A stretch of DNA of 64,000 bases from Haliotis asinina (taxonomy: Eukaryota): assembly GCF_037392515.1 (NCBI RefSeq), contig NC_090294.1, positions 14,347,038-14,411,037 on the forward strand. The letters are read 5' to 3'. A program made the translations under genes and the position numbers. Every line of letters begins with the position of its first letter. Positions within the stretch are counted from its first letter, which is position 1. The notes under the pieces were generated by a model. That model was not told the origin of the DNA, made no database searches, and saw only the letters and a list, made by a program, of their open reading frames with translations. Shown piece after piece: positions 48,961 through 61,924 of the stretch.

Positions 48961-49254
48961 AATAAATGCAAACAAACAGCTACTTTTAATTAGTGCCCAT
49001 CAATGCTTTCGAAACTCGTGCAGTGTGCTTGCCAGGAACTATTACGCTGCGCTGTTAAGTGACTTGCATGATCGATGGGAAAAGTCCCATTTCGATCACT
49101 CAACAAATATGAGCATTGTGCACTTTTAGGTTGGTGTTTCTTCTTCATGTATTTAATAATTTAACCAGGGAACGTTGGCAACCTTCAGTCAAATATTGTG
49201 AATTTGTTACCGTTTTACATCATTATATGAACAGGGCCTGCACTCCTTACCAGC

Positions 49255-49425
49255 ATCGGTGCGATGGGGTAACCTGGTTAAAGCATTTGCACGTCTCGCC
49301 AAAGATCCGGGTTCGATTCCCCACACAGGTACAATGTGTGAAACATATTTTTGGTGTCCCTCGCCGTTATTTTACTGAAAAGGGGGTAAATAACCTAGGT
49401 CACTGCCTCCTCACTCACTCATATC
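49255..49425 (+). mobile_element. SINE family A copy
   Basis: GGGGTAACCTGGTTAAAGCATTTGCACGTCTCGCCAAAGATCCGGGTTCGATTCCCCACACAGGTACAATGTGTGAAACATATTTTTGGTGTCCCTCGCCG...CTCACTCACTCAT. Confidence 0.85.
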
Positions 49426-49569
49426 AGCTCCAGGAGTGTTGATTTCGGCTGGCGGGAATTTGGTGTCTTTAGATGCATTAGTGGAAAATTAGTTGAGACG
49501 TAAGGAAGACACGAATATACCTCGATATGTATAGATACAACCAGTCTTTTTGAAACTACCAGCGTCTCG

Positions 49570-49865
49570 AAAGGTAAAAGACCCGAGGAGATCCGGGGTA
49601 GAATAGGCCTTCAGCAACCCATACTTGCCATGAACGGCGACTATGCTTGTCATAAGAGGTGACTAACGGGATCGGCTGCACATGGTCAAGCTCGCTGACT
49701 TGGATGACACATGTCATCGGTTCCCAAATGCGTAGATTGATGCTAAAGCTGTTTATCACTGGATTGTCTGGTCCAGACTCGATTATTTACAGACCGCCGC
49801 CATATAGCTGGAATATTGCTGAGTGCGGCGTAAAACTACACTCAATCACCCGAAAGGTAAAGCAG
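49570..49865 (+). mobile_element. SINE family B copy (full length)
   Basis: GGGGTAGAATAGGCCTTCAGCAACCCATACTTGCCATGAACGGCGACTATGCTTGTCATAAGAGGTGACTAACGGGATCGG...GATTGATGCTAAAGCTGTTTATCACTGGATTGTCTGGTCCAGACTCGATTATTTACAGACCGCCGCCATATAGCTGGAATATTGCTGAGTGCGGCGTAAAACTACACTCAATCAC. Confidence 0.9.
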
Positions 49866-51244
49866 TCGTCAGTGCGTGAGGACCCAAGGAAGATAACTCT
49901 GTGGCAATGTCACCCATATCAGCATTCGATATTTTACTACCGCTTTAATCATCTTGTGCCATCCGATCAAGACGATACTACAATAAACTTCGTTCAGAGC
50001 CAGTATAGCACACTAACTCATAACATTCATATTAATACGTGCTGAGCATACTAAATATAATATACTAAATATCATTTGACGTTTAGGAGGACAGGGTTTG
50101 ATAAAACAGTCCTTCCACATTAAGCTGGAACTGCCTACTTTTAAGGAAGTGATATTAACTAACGCGCTGGCGTTGAAGAGTATTTGTATAGCGGGGTGCA
50201 TTCATGTTCACACGTTGTACCCACTTGGAAAATCGAACTTATATTGGCGCTGCGAGAAAAACCACTTGGCTACCCCTCATCCATACCACTTGATCATATA
50301 CACGGTTAAATCTGAGGGTCCTTTGATGTCGCTTGATCACAGTTGATCAGTGATGTTAAATGCGTTTGTAATCCGAAAGGGAGACTGTCGAGATTCTTTT
50401 GGATTTATGCAAACATATGCATAAGAAAATTGCTTAGATACCAACCAAATACCATAAAATCATATTTATTTATTTAGGAGTATAAACTTGCTGACACAAA
50501 GTAAATCTCAGATAAATTTGCGTATAGCTACCAAAGTCCTCTCGGATATTTAATTTCGAAGTCAGTGGAAGGATCGGCAATGACCAAATTTTACCCAGGC
50601 ACAGAAAAGAAAGGGAGATAATAACGTAATGCGATGAAAGCATCAGTCACAATGGAGTTGCTTCCCCTACTATGCAAACCATGGCGCTATTGGTGCCTGT
50701 TGTATTACGTGCGCTTCAGTCACTGTTGTGTTAGCCAGGGAATCGATATTCTTTCATATGTAGTCACTTAATAAATGTGTATTCATATTTTCCGTTTTGT
50801 TCATGTCTATATTTTCCGTTTTGTTCATGTCAAACTTCTTCATTATTATAACTAGGGAATCGGTTCCTGTCAGATCACAGAACCGGGTATCGTATGGCCA
50901 CAATGTCTGTTGTGATTGGGAACATGCTAACTGTATATCTGGCCAGGAGCGAATGTGTCATTGTGCCCCAATAGTGTGGATCGATAAACCAGATCAAGTT
51001 CATTTTCTTTATTTTCTGATCCATGCAAACCACCAGCTTTTTATGTCGAACAGCCGGAGCGGATGGTGTGTTATGTCCTGTATTTTTTTATTATTACAGT
51101 GTATGTAATACCACAGCATTACAATTCTGTTGTGGTGATATGTAATGTCATCTGATTATGACCCACCTAAATACACGTATGACAAGTGATTACAAGCCAC
51201 CTTATCATATTTGATGCATACTGATCACAAGGTGTCTTGCCATA

Positions 51245-51385
51245 CTTGAGACATAAGTGAATGAGTGAGTGAGTTTAGTTTTACGCCGCTGTTACCAATA
51301 TTCCATCAGTATCATGGCGGTGGACACCAGAAATGGGATTCACACATTGTACCCATGTAGGGAATCGAACCCGGTGCAGTGTTGT
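51245..51385 (-). mobile_element. SINE family A copy (minus)
   Basis: GTGAGTGAGTGAGTTTAGTTTTACGCCGCTGTTACCAATATTCCATCAGTATCATGGCGGTGGACACCAGAAATGGGATTCACACATTGTACCCATGTAGGGAATCGAACCCGG. Confidence 0.85.
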
Positions 51386-51569
51386 CGATTTTTATAGATA
51401 TGCATATTTTTAACTCTAAGAATGCTTCCTGGAAGAGGCCTTACATTGTACTGGTAGTTCTGCATGTATGGTTAACTCGTGAGGCATACAGCCATGTCTG
51501 GACGTACATACCAATCATCATCACCATCATCATCATCTTCATCACCATAGGCCCATATACACTACATAG

Positions 51570-51720
51570 GCAGTGGGGTAGCCTAGTGGTTAAAGCGTTC
51601 GCTCGTCACTCCGAAGCCACGGGTTCTATTCCCCACATAGGTTCAATGAGAGTCCCCCGTCGCGATATTGCTGGAATGTTGCTAACAGCGGTGTAAACCC
51701 GACTCACTCACTCACATACA
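51570..51720 (+). mobile_element. SINE family A copy (tRNA-like head intact)
   Basis: GGCAGTGGGGTAGCCTAGTGGTTAAAGCGTTCGCTCGTCACTCCGAAGCCACGGGTTCTATTCCCCACATAGGTTCAATGAGAGTCCCCCGTCGCGATATTGCTGGAATGTTGCTAACAGCGGTGTAAACCCGACTCACTCACTCAC. A-box and B-box are recognisable. Confidence 0.85.
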
Positions 51721-51954
51721 CTACATGAGCGACCCTACATTACCGTATCGACTATACATACTACAGATACTCTAATACACACTGTATAACTACTATGAAC
51801 ACAATATAACTATACACGCAACAGATATGGCAAAAGCAGTGGAAAAACACAAAATTACTGAAACAACAATGCATGCTACATCAAATGAAATTCACATTAT
51901 CGCAAAAGCAACGGGTATTACCTAGAAATAAGGCACAGTACTGAAACAACAATG

Positions 51955-52095
51955 CACACACAATTGAAAAACCGCTGTTGCGTAGATCGATGCAGATGAT
52001 GATCACTGGGTTGTCTGATCCTGGCTTGATTAATTACAGACCGCCGCGTAATAGCTCGGATAATGCTGAGGGTGCCTTTAAACAACAAACAAACA
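51955..52095 (+). mobile_element. SINE family B fragment (3' half)
   Basis: GATCGATGCAGATGATGATCACTGGGTTGTCTGATCCTGGCTTGATTAATTACAGACCGCCGCGTAATAGCTCGGATAATGCTGAGGGTGCCTTTAAACAACAAAC. Confidence 0.7.
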
Positions 52096-52692
52096 ACATA
52101 TTACCGCACACGCAACAAAGAACCCACATGCAGTTTGAGATACGCATTCTGTAGTATAAGATTGGACGCATACTACAAATATACACAATTACGTACGTGA
52201 GAAACATATACGGCGGAAAGTATATCCGTATATCGAAACATATATCACCATTGGAAAAAGCAAGCACGGTGCTAGTGAAATGACTACATTTCGCAAGACG
52301 TATCTATTCACGAAGATGAATTTTCCTTGGAGGAACTGTTATCTGCGCAGCAGGAAAGTGCCTATTATGCACGATAGAAGCGTTTAACACTACGAGATGG
52401 AATGGCCTGTCATGTTAGGATAGTGGTGCCAGTGCCATCTCTCAGACGTGCTGGCAATACCGTGTTCTGGTGATTTGACGTTGGGGGAAATTCCTTGTTT
52501 TGGTCATGGCGTTCATTATTACGTGTCCAAATCTTCAGCCAATCTTTCGATAACAAGACTTCGCAATGGCATCAAACCTTCACGTCGTATGTTTCAACCT
52601 TATCAAGGAATACGCTTAGCTTATTACAGTGATGAGAATAGTAATGATCCAGTCTGTGACTGAAATTGATTATAGGTTCAATAAAATCATGT

Positions 52693-52693
<1 letters not shown>

Positions 52694-52742
<49 letters not shown>

Positions 52743-52746
52743 ACTA

Positions 52747-52814
<68 letters not shown>

Positions 52815-52853
52815 ACTACTACTAAGACGACGACGACGACTACTACTAATTAT
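52694..52853. repeat. Long compound trinucleotide repeat (TAC)n/(TGC)n blocks alternating, then (ACG)4 and (TAC)n; ~50 units
   Basis: Direct reading. The poly-Ser/poly-Leu/poly-Ala ORFs on both strands are artefacts of this repeat. Confidence 0.95.
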
Positions 52854-54262
52854 AATAATGAGTATTTCTAAAGAGCTGTATTTATAAAAGCGCACCTTCA
52901 CTGTTACTACTGCACATGCTACTACTGCTACCGCTGCACATACAACCACCATTACTACTGCTTATGTTTCTCTACCTACTGCCGTTAACTGGAACTAATA
53001 GCAACAACAAAGTATATGAACACGATGATGATATGACAGGCCTGGTCCTGGCAGAACCTAGCCGCTATGTACAGAAAGCAAGTGCGGTGCTTAAATACAG
53101 ACTCACGGTGATATTTGTTGTTTCCTCCACAGGCCACGTTGAGTATTTCTGTGATCTGAGAATTTGCTGTTACTATCCCCATACACGCAGCCTCTCCCCT
53201 TCCGCGTTTTATCTCCACAAATATGACGATATCTCGAGAACGTGACAAAAAATCGTGTTTATTGCGAAACCTGTCTACCACCCATGGAGACCCCTCTAAG
53301 CAATATTTCACATTCTGATTGACTATGAACTCGCGAATCGGCAAACGCCGCGTGTCTGTCGAACCGTGCAATTTCATACATCTTATCTCATGGAGAACTG
53401 TGTTTACATTAAGGAAAAATGAAGACTCTTTGAGCTAGTGCATTTTATCCATATTAGAAGACCAGAGCCATAGCTTTCATCTGGTAAACCTCTGAACAAT
53501 TATGTTACAGGGTAGAGGAATTCGGCTTAATTGACATAAGAAGACCAACCAAAAACAGATAAGCATCTTACATAACGCTTAAAACAGAGCTGATTTGTAC
53601 ATTTAAAGTCCGGTAAATGCATCGTCGGAAGAGGAATTATGTTTTATTTCCCGAGGGGAAACTTTGATACCTCGCTTTTTCTGTGCAAATTGGAAGAGTT
53701 GAAATTAGACCTCGGTGTCTTATCTTTAACTCGCGATAACATCTGTAGGATTGATATACCTTGGGGGATATACATGATCACGTGACAATATATGGAGCAA
53801 ACGGGTGGACAAAAAGTGAAAGTGCCGAACTGAAATGTTCTCATTCAGTCTTATATAAGACTGTGGGCTGTATAATCGCCAACAGCACGAACAGACATAG
53901 CTCCTTGTCAGATTTTGATATAGGGTGGGAGACCAGGCAAGTACATGATAGAGGCATGTGCAGTTGCTATAACGCTTACGGCCTTCTCGTTTAAAAAACG
54001 ACTCCTTTTCTGCTATCTCCAGACGACATGTCGCTGTTGTAGTTCTAAAGGCGGCGTGAATTGTACACACTCACTGAAATACGAGTGCGTTTAGTGTTTG
54101 AACCAGCGTTTTCGAAAGAACTGAAACTCTGTTAAAATTGGACAAAGAACTAAATGAAAGTACACATCTGAAACTTCAATGGTCTAAGACTCCTTTCAAA
54201 GCCTTTCCGATCTGAAATCGCGAACAGCTATTACAATGAGGGTTCGACAGTGTCACAGACGT

Positions 54263-54296
54263 GGTTCGTTCGTTCGTTCGTTCGTTCGTTCGTTCG
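54263..54296. repeat. (GTTC)n microsatellite, 8 units
   Basis: Direct reading. Confidence 0.9.
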
Positions 54297-55649
54297 AGCG
54301 GTTATAAATACCACACTCATATATGATTAGATTTAATGACAGAGGCATGTAAATAATGGAGTATTGCCTAAAGATCTACTGACTGACATCAGGGGCTTCG
54401 ATCTACACACCAGGAATACAATGGCATTCATCAATCGGATCAGAGAGACTGACATATGCAAAGCATTTCAGTTAAGTTTGCTTGTCTCTGCCATTACCAA
54501 CTATTTAAGACGTCCTTCTAAAACCTGACACAACAAAGATTGTGGCAAAACTACAGCCGGAGGCCATCTAGTGGCGATGACCAAAATATCCGAAAACGGT
54601 AACTCAATTTAACAAACTCCTCTTTAAATGACCCTAAATGGAAGCCGGCTCGCTCTTCAACACCCCTAGCCCCAGGACTGGTTCCGCAGGTGCGTTCTCT
54701 CGACGCTTCATGCCAGCGTCCAGTTTCATAACTAGCCTGTTTGTGCATGCAGTCCTCGGACCTTCTCACGGGGATAAATATTGTGAAAGGACCGCTTGAC
54801 CAGCGGTTGTCCATGATGATATTATTGAGGCTGGGCTCTGTGCAAATAAATAAAAGTATCTGTTCCTTGGCTTTGCAGTGGTGAGTCCTGTAGTGCTACT
54901 TTATAATCACATTCCAGAAATAGTCACAGCAGAGTCTTCTCATTGTCTCGAAACATTACGCGGTGTAACAAGTGTAACAACAGAACTGTTTGGGAAAACG
55001 GTCCCACGCCGCTAAAGGTGATGAGCCGATATGAAACGTAATGTAAATTGGTTTGGGGAAAGCCCCAAGTGATGCCTGTCAATGACATTTACCATTCTGG
55101 TGAAATCAGCCTGTACTGGTCCTGTTGAAAAATCAAGAATCATAATCAGAGTTCACCTGGTGATAATGACATGCCCAAGAGGGACAGCTGTGCACCATGG
55201 GTGAGTTCGTTTTAGACATACAGCTCTGTTAACCCTTCTACCCGCCCCAGATAAATTGGAAAAGAAAAATAGAACAACGACCCCCTTTTAGGGACGTCTT
55301 GCAAAACGTCATGTAAACGTCATGTGATAGAGACGTCCAAGTGAAACATATTAAGTACTGTCACCTTGTTCGATTTAATACATGTATACCTCTAGCTCTA
55401 ATATATGGTTGTGTCGAAACAATGTCTGACTCATATTCACACAATATCCAATATCCAAAATCGAGCCAGTGTTTCAGGCAATGACCGAACGCTTAACCCA
55501 CATTGCTACCCTACCGCCCCTATCAAGGATGCCCTTAGGTGAATTATTCTACAGCTACAGATACCTCATAGTTAGCAAATATCTATCAAGACATGGATGG
55601 CAGTTCGTGGAGGGAACACTCAATAGAGAAGCACTCAGTACAAATCATC

Positions 55650-55775
55650 AGAGGCAGTGGTCACGGCAGAGACTCGGGTTCGACTCCCAACATGGGTATA
55701 ACGTGTGAAGACCATTTCTGGTGTCCCCGCCGTGATATTGCTGGAATTGCGGCGTAAAACGATACTCCTGTGTCC
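55650..55775 (+). mobile_element. SINE family A fragment (3' part)
   Basis: CTCGGGTTCGACTCCCAACATGGGTATAACGTGTGAAGACCATTTCTGGTGTCCCCGCCGTGATATTGCTGGAATTGCGGCGTAAAACGATACTC. Confidence 0.8.
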
Positions 55776-58700
55776 ACCCATTTAGTTACACTAATCTGGC
55801 ACAACAAAATGTCGTAGACGTCTTGTGGTGTGAATGGTCGCGAGTAGAGTTTTAAAGACATGGGGTAAGTGTGAAATCCACTGTTTGATATACCGATAAA
55901 TGACGTTACAGAGTAACAAACAGCAGCAGTCTCAAAGCCCATTTCAACTCCGTCGTACAAGGACCTGGCGTATATTTAATTCTTTGCTATTTGCTTAATC
56001 CAAACGTATAGTGCACTGTTTCAAATTTCGTTAAGTGACGAAAGGTTCAATTTAGCATTTGGCTTTTCAAGGTCACCAAGGCCCTTAATATAGGACTTAA
56101 GAGTTTTCATTTAGAACACCGCCATCTTTCTCTTCCTTCCCCCAATGTGACTCAGCTTACTTTATGAGATTCCTGTACTGACCCCTCGTCCTCGTCAGGC
56201 ACAGTGATACCCCCATGTCAGCCCCCGGACCATAAATCCCGTGCACGTCCGTGACGACATCCCTTCATTGCAACGTAACCTCGATTCAAATCTCGCGAGA
56301 AGTGGATGAGAAGATAAGGCCGCCATTAAGTTAGCCAAGAGCAATTACCATTGATTATTTCATGATTTAAAACCGCTTTTGAAGAGTCATAATTGTGAAA
56401 TGAAATAATATTTGGATATTTTCATGTGCTATCAGTTGCCTTATTGATGTTTAATCAACTTCCAGCTAACCGTTAATCCCAGGTTTCCTTCTGGAACATA
56501 TTTGCAGTAGGAGATTTTAGTTCATATTGATGAACCATCAGTAAGCTTCATTGGAATATTGAGTTGAAAGTTTTATGTCTTAGCTGACACAGAAGATTAA
56601 CACTAGCTTTCGAACATTCATCAACATTCAAGGTAATGAAACTTCAATTCTAATGGTTGCCTTTGACCTTACGCAAACGTGACCTTGACATTGAAATACC
56701 GCTGGAATGCAAACCTAGTCCGCACTCTTTCAGTGTGTGGGGATCATAAAACGATATGACCTGGTATCGACGTGCCAAAAACCAAATAGAATGAAAGGGC
56801 GTTTTTTAACTGTTATTAAATATCGATGGCAATATTTGCAAAGAGCACATGGAAGAAAAGTCAATAACTCAAAATGCAGTTTTCTCTTTGCTTTAGAGCG
56901 TGTCTACAAGACTATCGGAGTATCTTTCCACGGGGCTCCAGTGATGACTCCATGCTCAGTGCTAAACGTAAATCTCTGAAGAGCGAGGCGATTATCCTCT
57001 TCACAGTTTTCATCTTGAGAAATAAAACAATTTAAGATGTGATATTAAACATATCGCTGTTATTCAGAGTATCGTTTCTTCTTTTGAAACGGATACTGTT
57101 GGGCTTTTTATTATGTCATGTCGCTGAAAGTTTTTGTCATGGCGAAAGCAATACCTACCGTATTTTCTCCAATCAAACTTCTTGAGCATTATCTCTGCGA
57201 TTCAACATGTCAAAGATATGTACGCGTGGGCATTTAATTGGGGAGATACTGTAAGTAAGCTGGTTTTTGTTATATCAACATGTAACAATGTTTATTGTGT
57301 GAAAACTAAAAAAAACTAAGGACCTGACAATTACCTGTTCGGTGATTTGTCCACTAAACCACGTGTGTGTAGGCTGACGTTGACAACAAATAGTGCTCAT
57401 GCTGATTTGTGCGCACGATCATACAGAGCAACATACACACGTACATATGTTCTAGGAAGGTACTAATTGCCTTCTTTTGTCCGGAATCGTTCTTCTATTA
57501 GGCTCATCTATAAAGCTCGGCGACCTTTTCCCATACGACAGATTGCGATCAAATTGACCTTTTCGCTCGTATCGCTCTTCCATCTATCATTACTCATCAT
57601 AAACAAATGCTGGATTGACAGAGTAATATGGCTGACCCAATCGAATTTGGCATGACGTCTGCACGACACGTTGCGCTGGACATTAGCATAGAGTGACCAT
57701 CGGGATGTTTGACCAACCAGATCCGAACAGGAGGCATAGATGACTTTTTTATTCATTAAATTCTCCCTTCAATTCAGGTCACGTGCATGGGCGCACCAAG
57801 CGAACGGATCCTCGTGCAGGGCGCGTGCATGATGCACGTGCGCACGTGCTGATTCCATGCACATGACCGATGTAATGGCTACTCGTGGCTACAATTGCTT
57901 TAAAGAAGAAACTGAAAGCTGGGTTAACCAATTTCCTTCCCTTTCCAGGCAATTGAACGCTGGACGAAGCTAATGTGATCCAATTCGGCCCGTGTTTGGC
58001 TCGCTATCACCCAGCACCTCTCTCAATATGGCAGAGCGCTAGGATGCGGATCGGTCCTGAATGGCAGTTTAGCTACTCGGGCACAGGACTAAATTAGATC
58101 ACCGTAACAGGGGTCGTTGAGTCGCTCAATTGCCTCTCATTGCCTAATGCTGTTTGTCTTAAGAACCTAAAAGTCCCGGATGTTCGAGCGTGTCACAGGA
58201 AGTCGGAGACAAAGGTGCGCGAGCATTATATTGTCTAAGATAACGGGATGGAGGGCTCTTGATGCCAGTCGACTGTTTCCCTGTCCCGTGGCAATTATGG
58301 CCCGGTAAAGTGTGACAAGTCACGGACGACGGGCAGGAATAAAGCTTGAGTGGTTTAAGCAGAAATAAACGTCCCCCAAAAGACCGTTTCATTCCGAATG
58401 CTTCCACACACTATGAGCATATATACAATGGAGCTTAAATACATCACAACAAATGTATTTGCATTTATCTTGCAGTTGTTTTATCATCCGTTCAAATATA
58501 TCTCTAAGGTATAATTAGTTAACATCTTGACATTGATTTATTGTATTAACGAACGCTCATATCTAAGTATTGTTCTTTTGCTATTTAATGATACTATTCG
58601 GCTCTCGCCTATGCTGAACTGTAATGATGTTACGTATATGTTAGGAAGTAAGGGTGTCTTAGGAAGTGAGGGTGGGGCTCACGGGTTACCATGGGTAATT

Positions 58701-59206
58701 TGCGTGAGTGAATGTCATTTTACGTGTCTTTCCTCTTCAATCATATTTCAACCAGGTTATGTTCTTCACCCCATATGAGACTCAGAAATCAGATGAATAA
58801 GGAACATGGGTTGCCAACATACACGATCGTCATTAAAGGTTGGTTGTTTATATGTTTGTTGTTTGGCGCCGCACTCACCAGTATTCCAGCTATATGGCGA
58901 CGATCTGTGCACACTCACCAGAATTCCAGCTATATGGCGACGATCTGTGCATAGTCAAGTCTGAAACAGAAAATCCAGTGATGAATAGCACGAGCATGAA
59001 TATATACAATATTGATACTGTGACATAAGTCAACGCGCCCTACCACCCGATCCGAACAAACATGCGCAGCTAAAGACCAATTCTTCCAGTACATCAAAGT
59101 TTATCATGGTAGAGGGCCCAGACCTTCTTGGGAGGTAAAGTTCCACAACATGAGCATATAAATTCCTCGATTTCCACTGAATAGAACTCCTCCCTACTCG
59201 ACAAAT

Positions 59207-59272
59207 TCTCTCTCTCTCTGTGTCTCTCTCTCTGTGTCTCTCTCTCTCTGTCTCTCTCTCTCTCTCTCTCCT
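59207..59272. repeat. (CT)n / (CTCTGT)n imperfect microsatellite
   Basis: Direct reading. Confidence 0.9.
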
Positions 59273-61340
59273 TTATTTTCATTTACTGCTAGACACATAT
59301 TAGATGATCCTGCACACTAAACGACGCATTTGTGACAAGAGAGGCGGTACAACGAATTGGGCGAGTACACTTGGCTGCTACAGGTAGCTTGACGATTATG
59401 CACGTGCAATACATGCTAATCGTGACATGAAATCAACACCGCATATTTCTTCGAATGATAAGACTGCAATTTCAGGCTTAAGATACTGATATTCCACGCT
59501 AACCTTTAGTTAAGACGAAGACAAACAGATGATTAGGGCATTGACAAGCATTTTAGATATTCAACAATTTTGTTTTAAAAAAAACAGGAAAATGTCATTT
59601 GCTTCGTGAAATGGATCGGTGGTCCTAAACATATTTGCTCAGTATATTATGTTGATTCAACTCGTTGGGATTGTACCTGTTCCCAAATCGAGTGTGCTAT
59701 AACAATTCATGCGTGAAACGCACGGGGAAAATGAACTTCTCGATATTTATCAGACAACCTGTCTCCCTCTTGTTTCAAGTGGATCGTTCTGTGGGGCGTT
59801 CCTAAGTATGCAAATTGGGGTCATTTGTCAGGTCGTGGATCATCTTATATGTGTTTACGAGTAAAATTGTTATAAGTCACTTATGACGTTTTCAATTCTA
59901 CGTCACACTACCTGTTTTCTCGCACTGTTCATTCTAATTTTCCCGTGGCATACACCGCACCGTTTTCATATTGCCATATTTTAAGGCATCGCTGTTTTTG
60001 TCAATTTCACGTCATACTTGATTGGCCATGGATATTTAGGAAAACTCACACATCGGCTCTTCCTTGTAACGAGACGTGGGTTCATTACATCAGACATTTT
60101 CGCAGACTCCAACACGATCTTGTGAAAATATGAGTTCATAAAATGCAAGGCAGTTTAACTTCTAATGAAACATCGACTCAGCACGTTTCAAATTCATAGT
60201 GGGATTCTTGGATGATAGCTCATAACCTCCCTGATGAAGAAACGAAAAAATCTCAAATAAAAACCAAATGAAAGACCGTTAAAAGTTTGAAATCTCGTAT
60301 TAAATGCTCATTTCGCGGTGAGTGATGCGGTAAGCATTCTCAAGATTTATGAAACAACATCACAACTGTCGCCATCCATTTCGCGAGCGCCATCTGCATT
60401 ATCGTTCAAGGGGAGATTACTCGGTAATGACAAAACCTGTCCTGTTACAAGCTTCAACATGGCGTTGAACAAATTGATGGCCGTCAATTATGGCAAATTT
60501 CATCACGTTGATAGCCTTCCAACATGTTTATCACTGGGGCATAAATTCACCTGCTTCTCCAACGAACCCTACCCGCAGGAGCGGAACTTATTTCCAATAA
60601 CGCAAACATTTGGCTCTAATGAGAGCTACAGGTTTTTCATGGCTCTTGGACCGCCATCAGTGAAGAGTAAGACGTTACAGCGTGTCGTTAGAATGGAAAG
60701 CGGTCGGGGTCCGTGTCTGGATTTCGCTCCCTCGTTTTAGATGGGGGATACTAAAAGCTTAACCGGGCCTTGCTGACGGCGAACAAACGAAAGCGACAAG
60801 CACTTTAACATAAACTAACATCATGTTGCGAAAAAGAAAACGAAGTTATCTGGTTTTACAAGAAAATGACAAACAAAAGCATAAAAACCTACAAGTTTAC
60901 ACCGATATTAAATGTGAGAAGCGTGTTTTTTGTCTCTAGCTTTAAGGCGAGAGGGTTACTTTGAACAGAATACGATGATAGTTCCTTTGAAGGCATTCGC
61001 CGTGACGATGTATGAGTTTGACGGGAATCTATGACCAGGTACGAAATCTGAAAATAGTCCGGAGGTTTGCGATGTTATTGATTCCACACGTGTCTCAGTT
61101 TTATGCTTGTTTTCATGAAATTAAATTAATGTCCCGACAAAAAACCAGCACCACGAGTACCGTTATAAGTCCGTCGCACTGTGTTATAGTGAGTGATTGA
61201 TATCATATTTAAAGTCACATCGCAAATATTTCCGCCATACCGTGCCTAAATGATACACTAATGATACATTTCAAACCGAAAAGATGTTAGCAAATTACAG
61301 TGAAATAACCTGATTCTCACAGATATACCGCCATATAGCT

Positions 61341-61344
<4 letters not shown>

Positions 61345-61419
<75 letters not shown>
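61345..61419. repeat. (AT)n microsatellite, ~37 units
   Basis: Direct reading. Confidence 0.95.
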
Positions 61420-61421
<2 letters not shown>

Positions 61422-61924
61422 TCGGAGGACAATCAGTTCTTCCATATTACTATTCAGAAAAGTACGTTTCTAATGTGAATTAAATGTTATGTGTGTCTTT
61501 GTACATGTGTGTGCGCGTTTGTGCGTGCGCGTGTGTAGTTTTGTGAATTTGACATTTTTGGCTGAGAGTTTTCCCTTACGATGTTATAGCAATGATTACA
61601 TCGGTAAGAAAAAGCTAAATGGGAAATATGATCAGGTTTCTCATATTTTTCACGTATCATATTGTTGAATCAAAGGAGTGCAAAACATTACACTCATTTT
61701 CCAAAAGTTACTTTTTTCAAATATTTTGATGTGTTTTAAAATTTGATTTAGAATGAATGTCCTGTCAATTCTAAAGACTGTCATTGTATTATATCGATTA
61801 ATATAACAAATTTTGAAATACACGTACATTGTCATAATAAATGTCACATAAATGGTGTTTATTTCCGCATGATATAACAGTCTACAATGTTTTAGCTAGA
61901 ACAAATCGGTCTGTAAACAGGTCA

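Noticed and set aside
51570-51650. Possible tRNA gene (GGGGTAGCCTAGTGGTTAAAGCG…GGTTCTATTCCCC with A and B boxes)
   Set aside because: The tRNA-like head continues directly into the family A SINE body and (CACT)n tail shared by more than 10 dispersed copies. It lacks a plausible acceptor stem/CCA context, so it is a tRNA-derived SINE, not a tRNA gene.
52572-52952. ORFs encoding poly-Ser, poly-Leu and poly-Ala/Thr (52572-52952 −, 52629-52871 +, 52666-52887 +)
   Set aside because: They are produced entirely by the (TAC/TGC)n trinucleotide repeat read in three frames.
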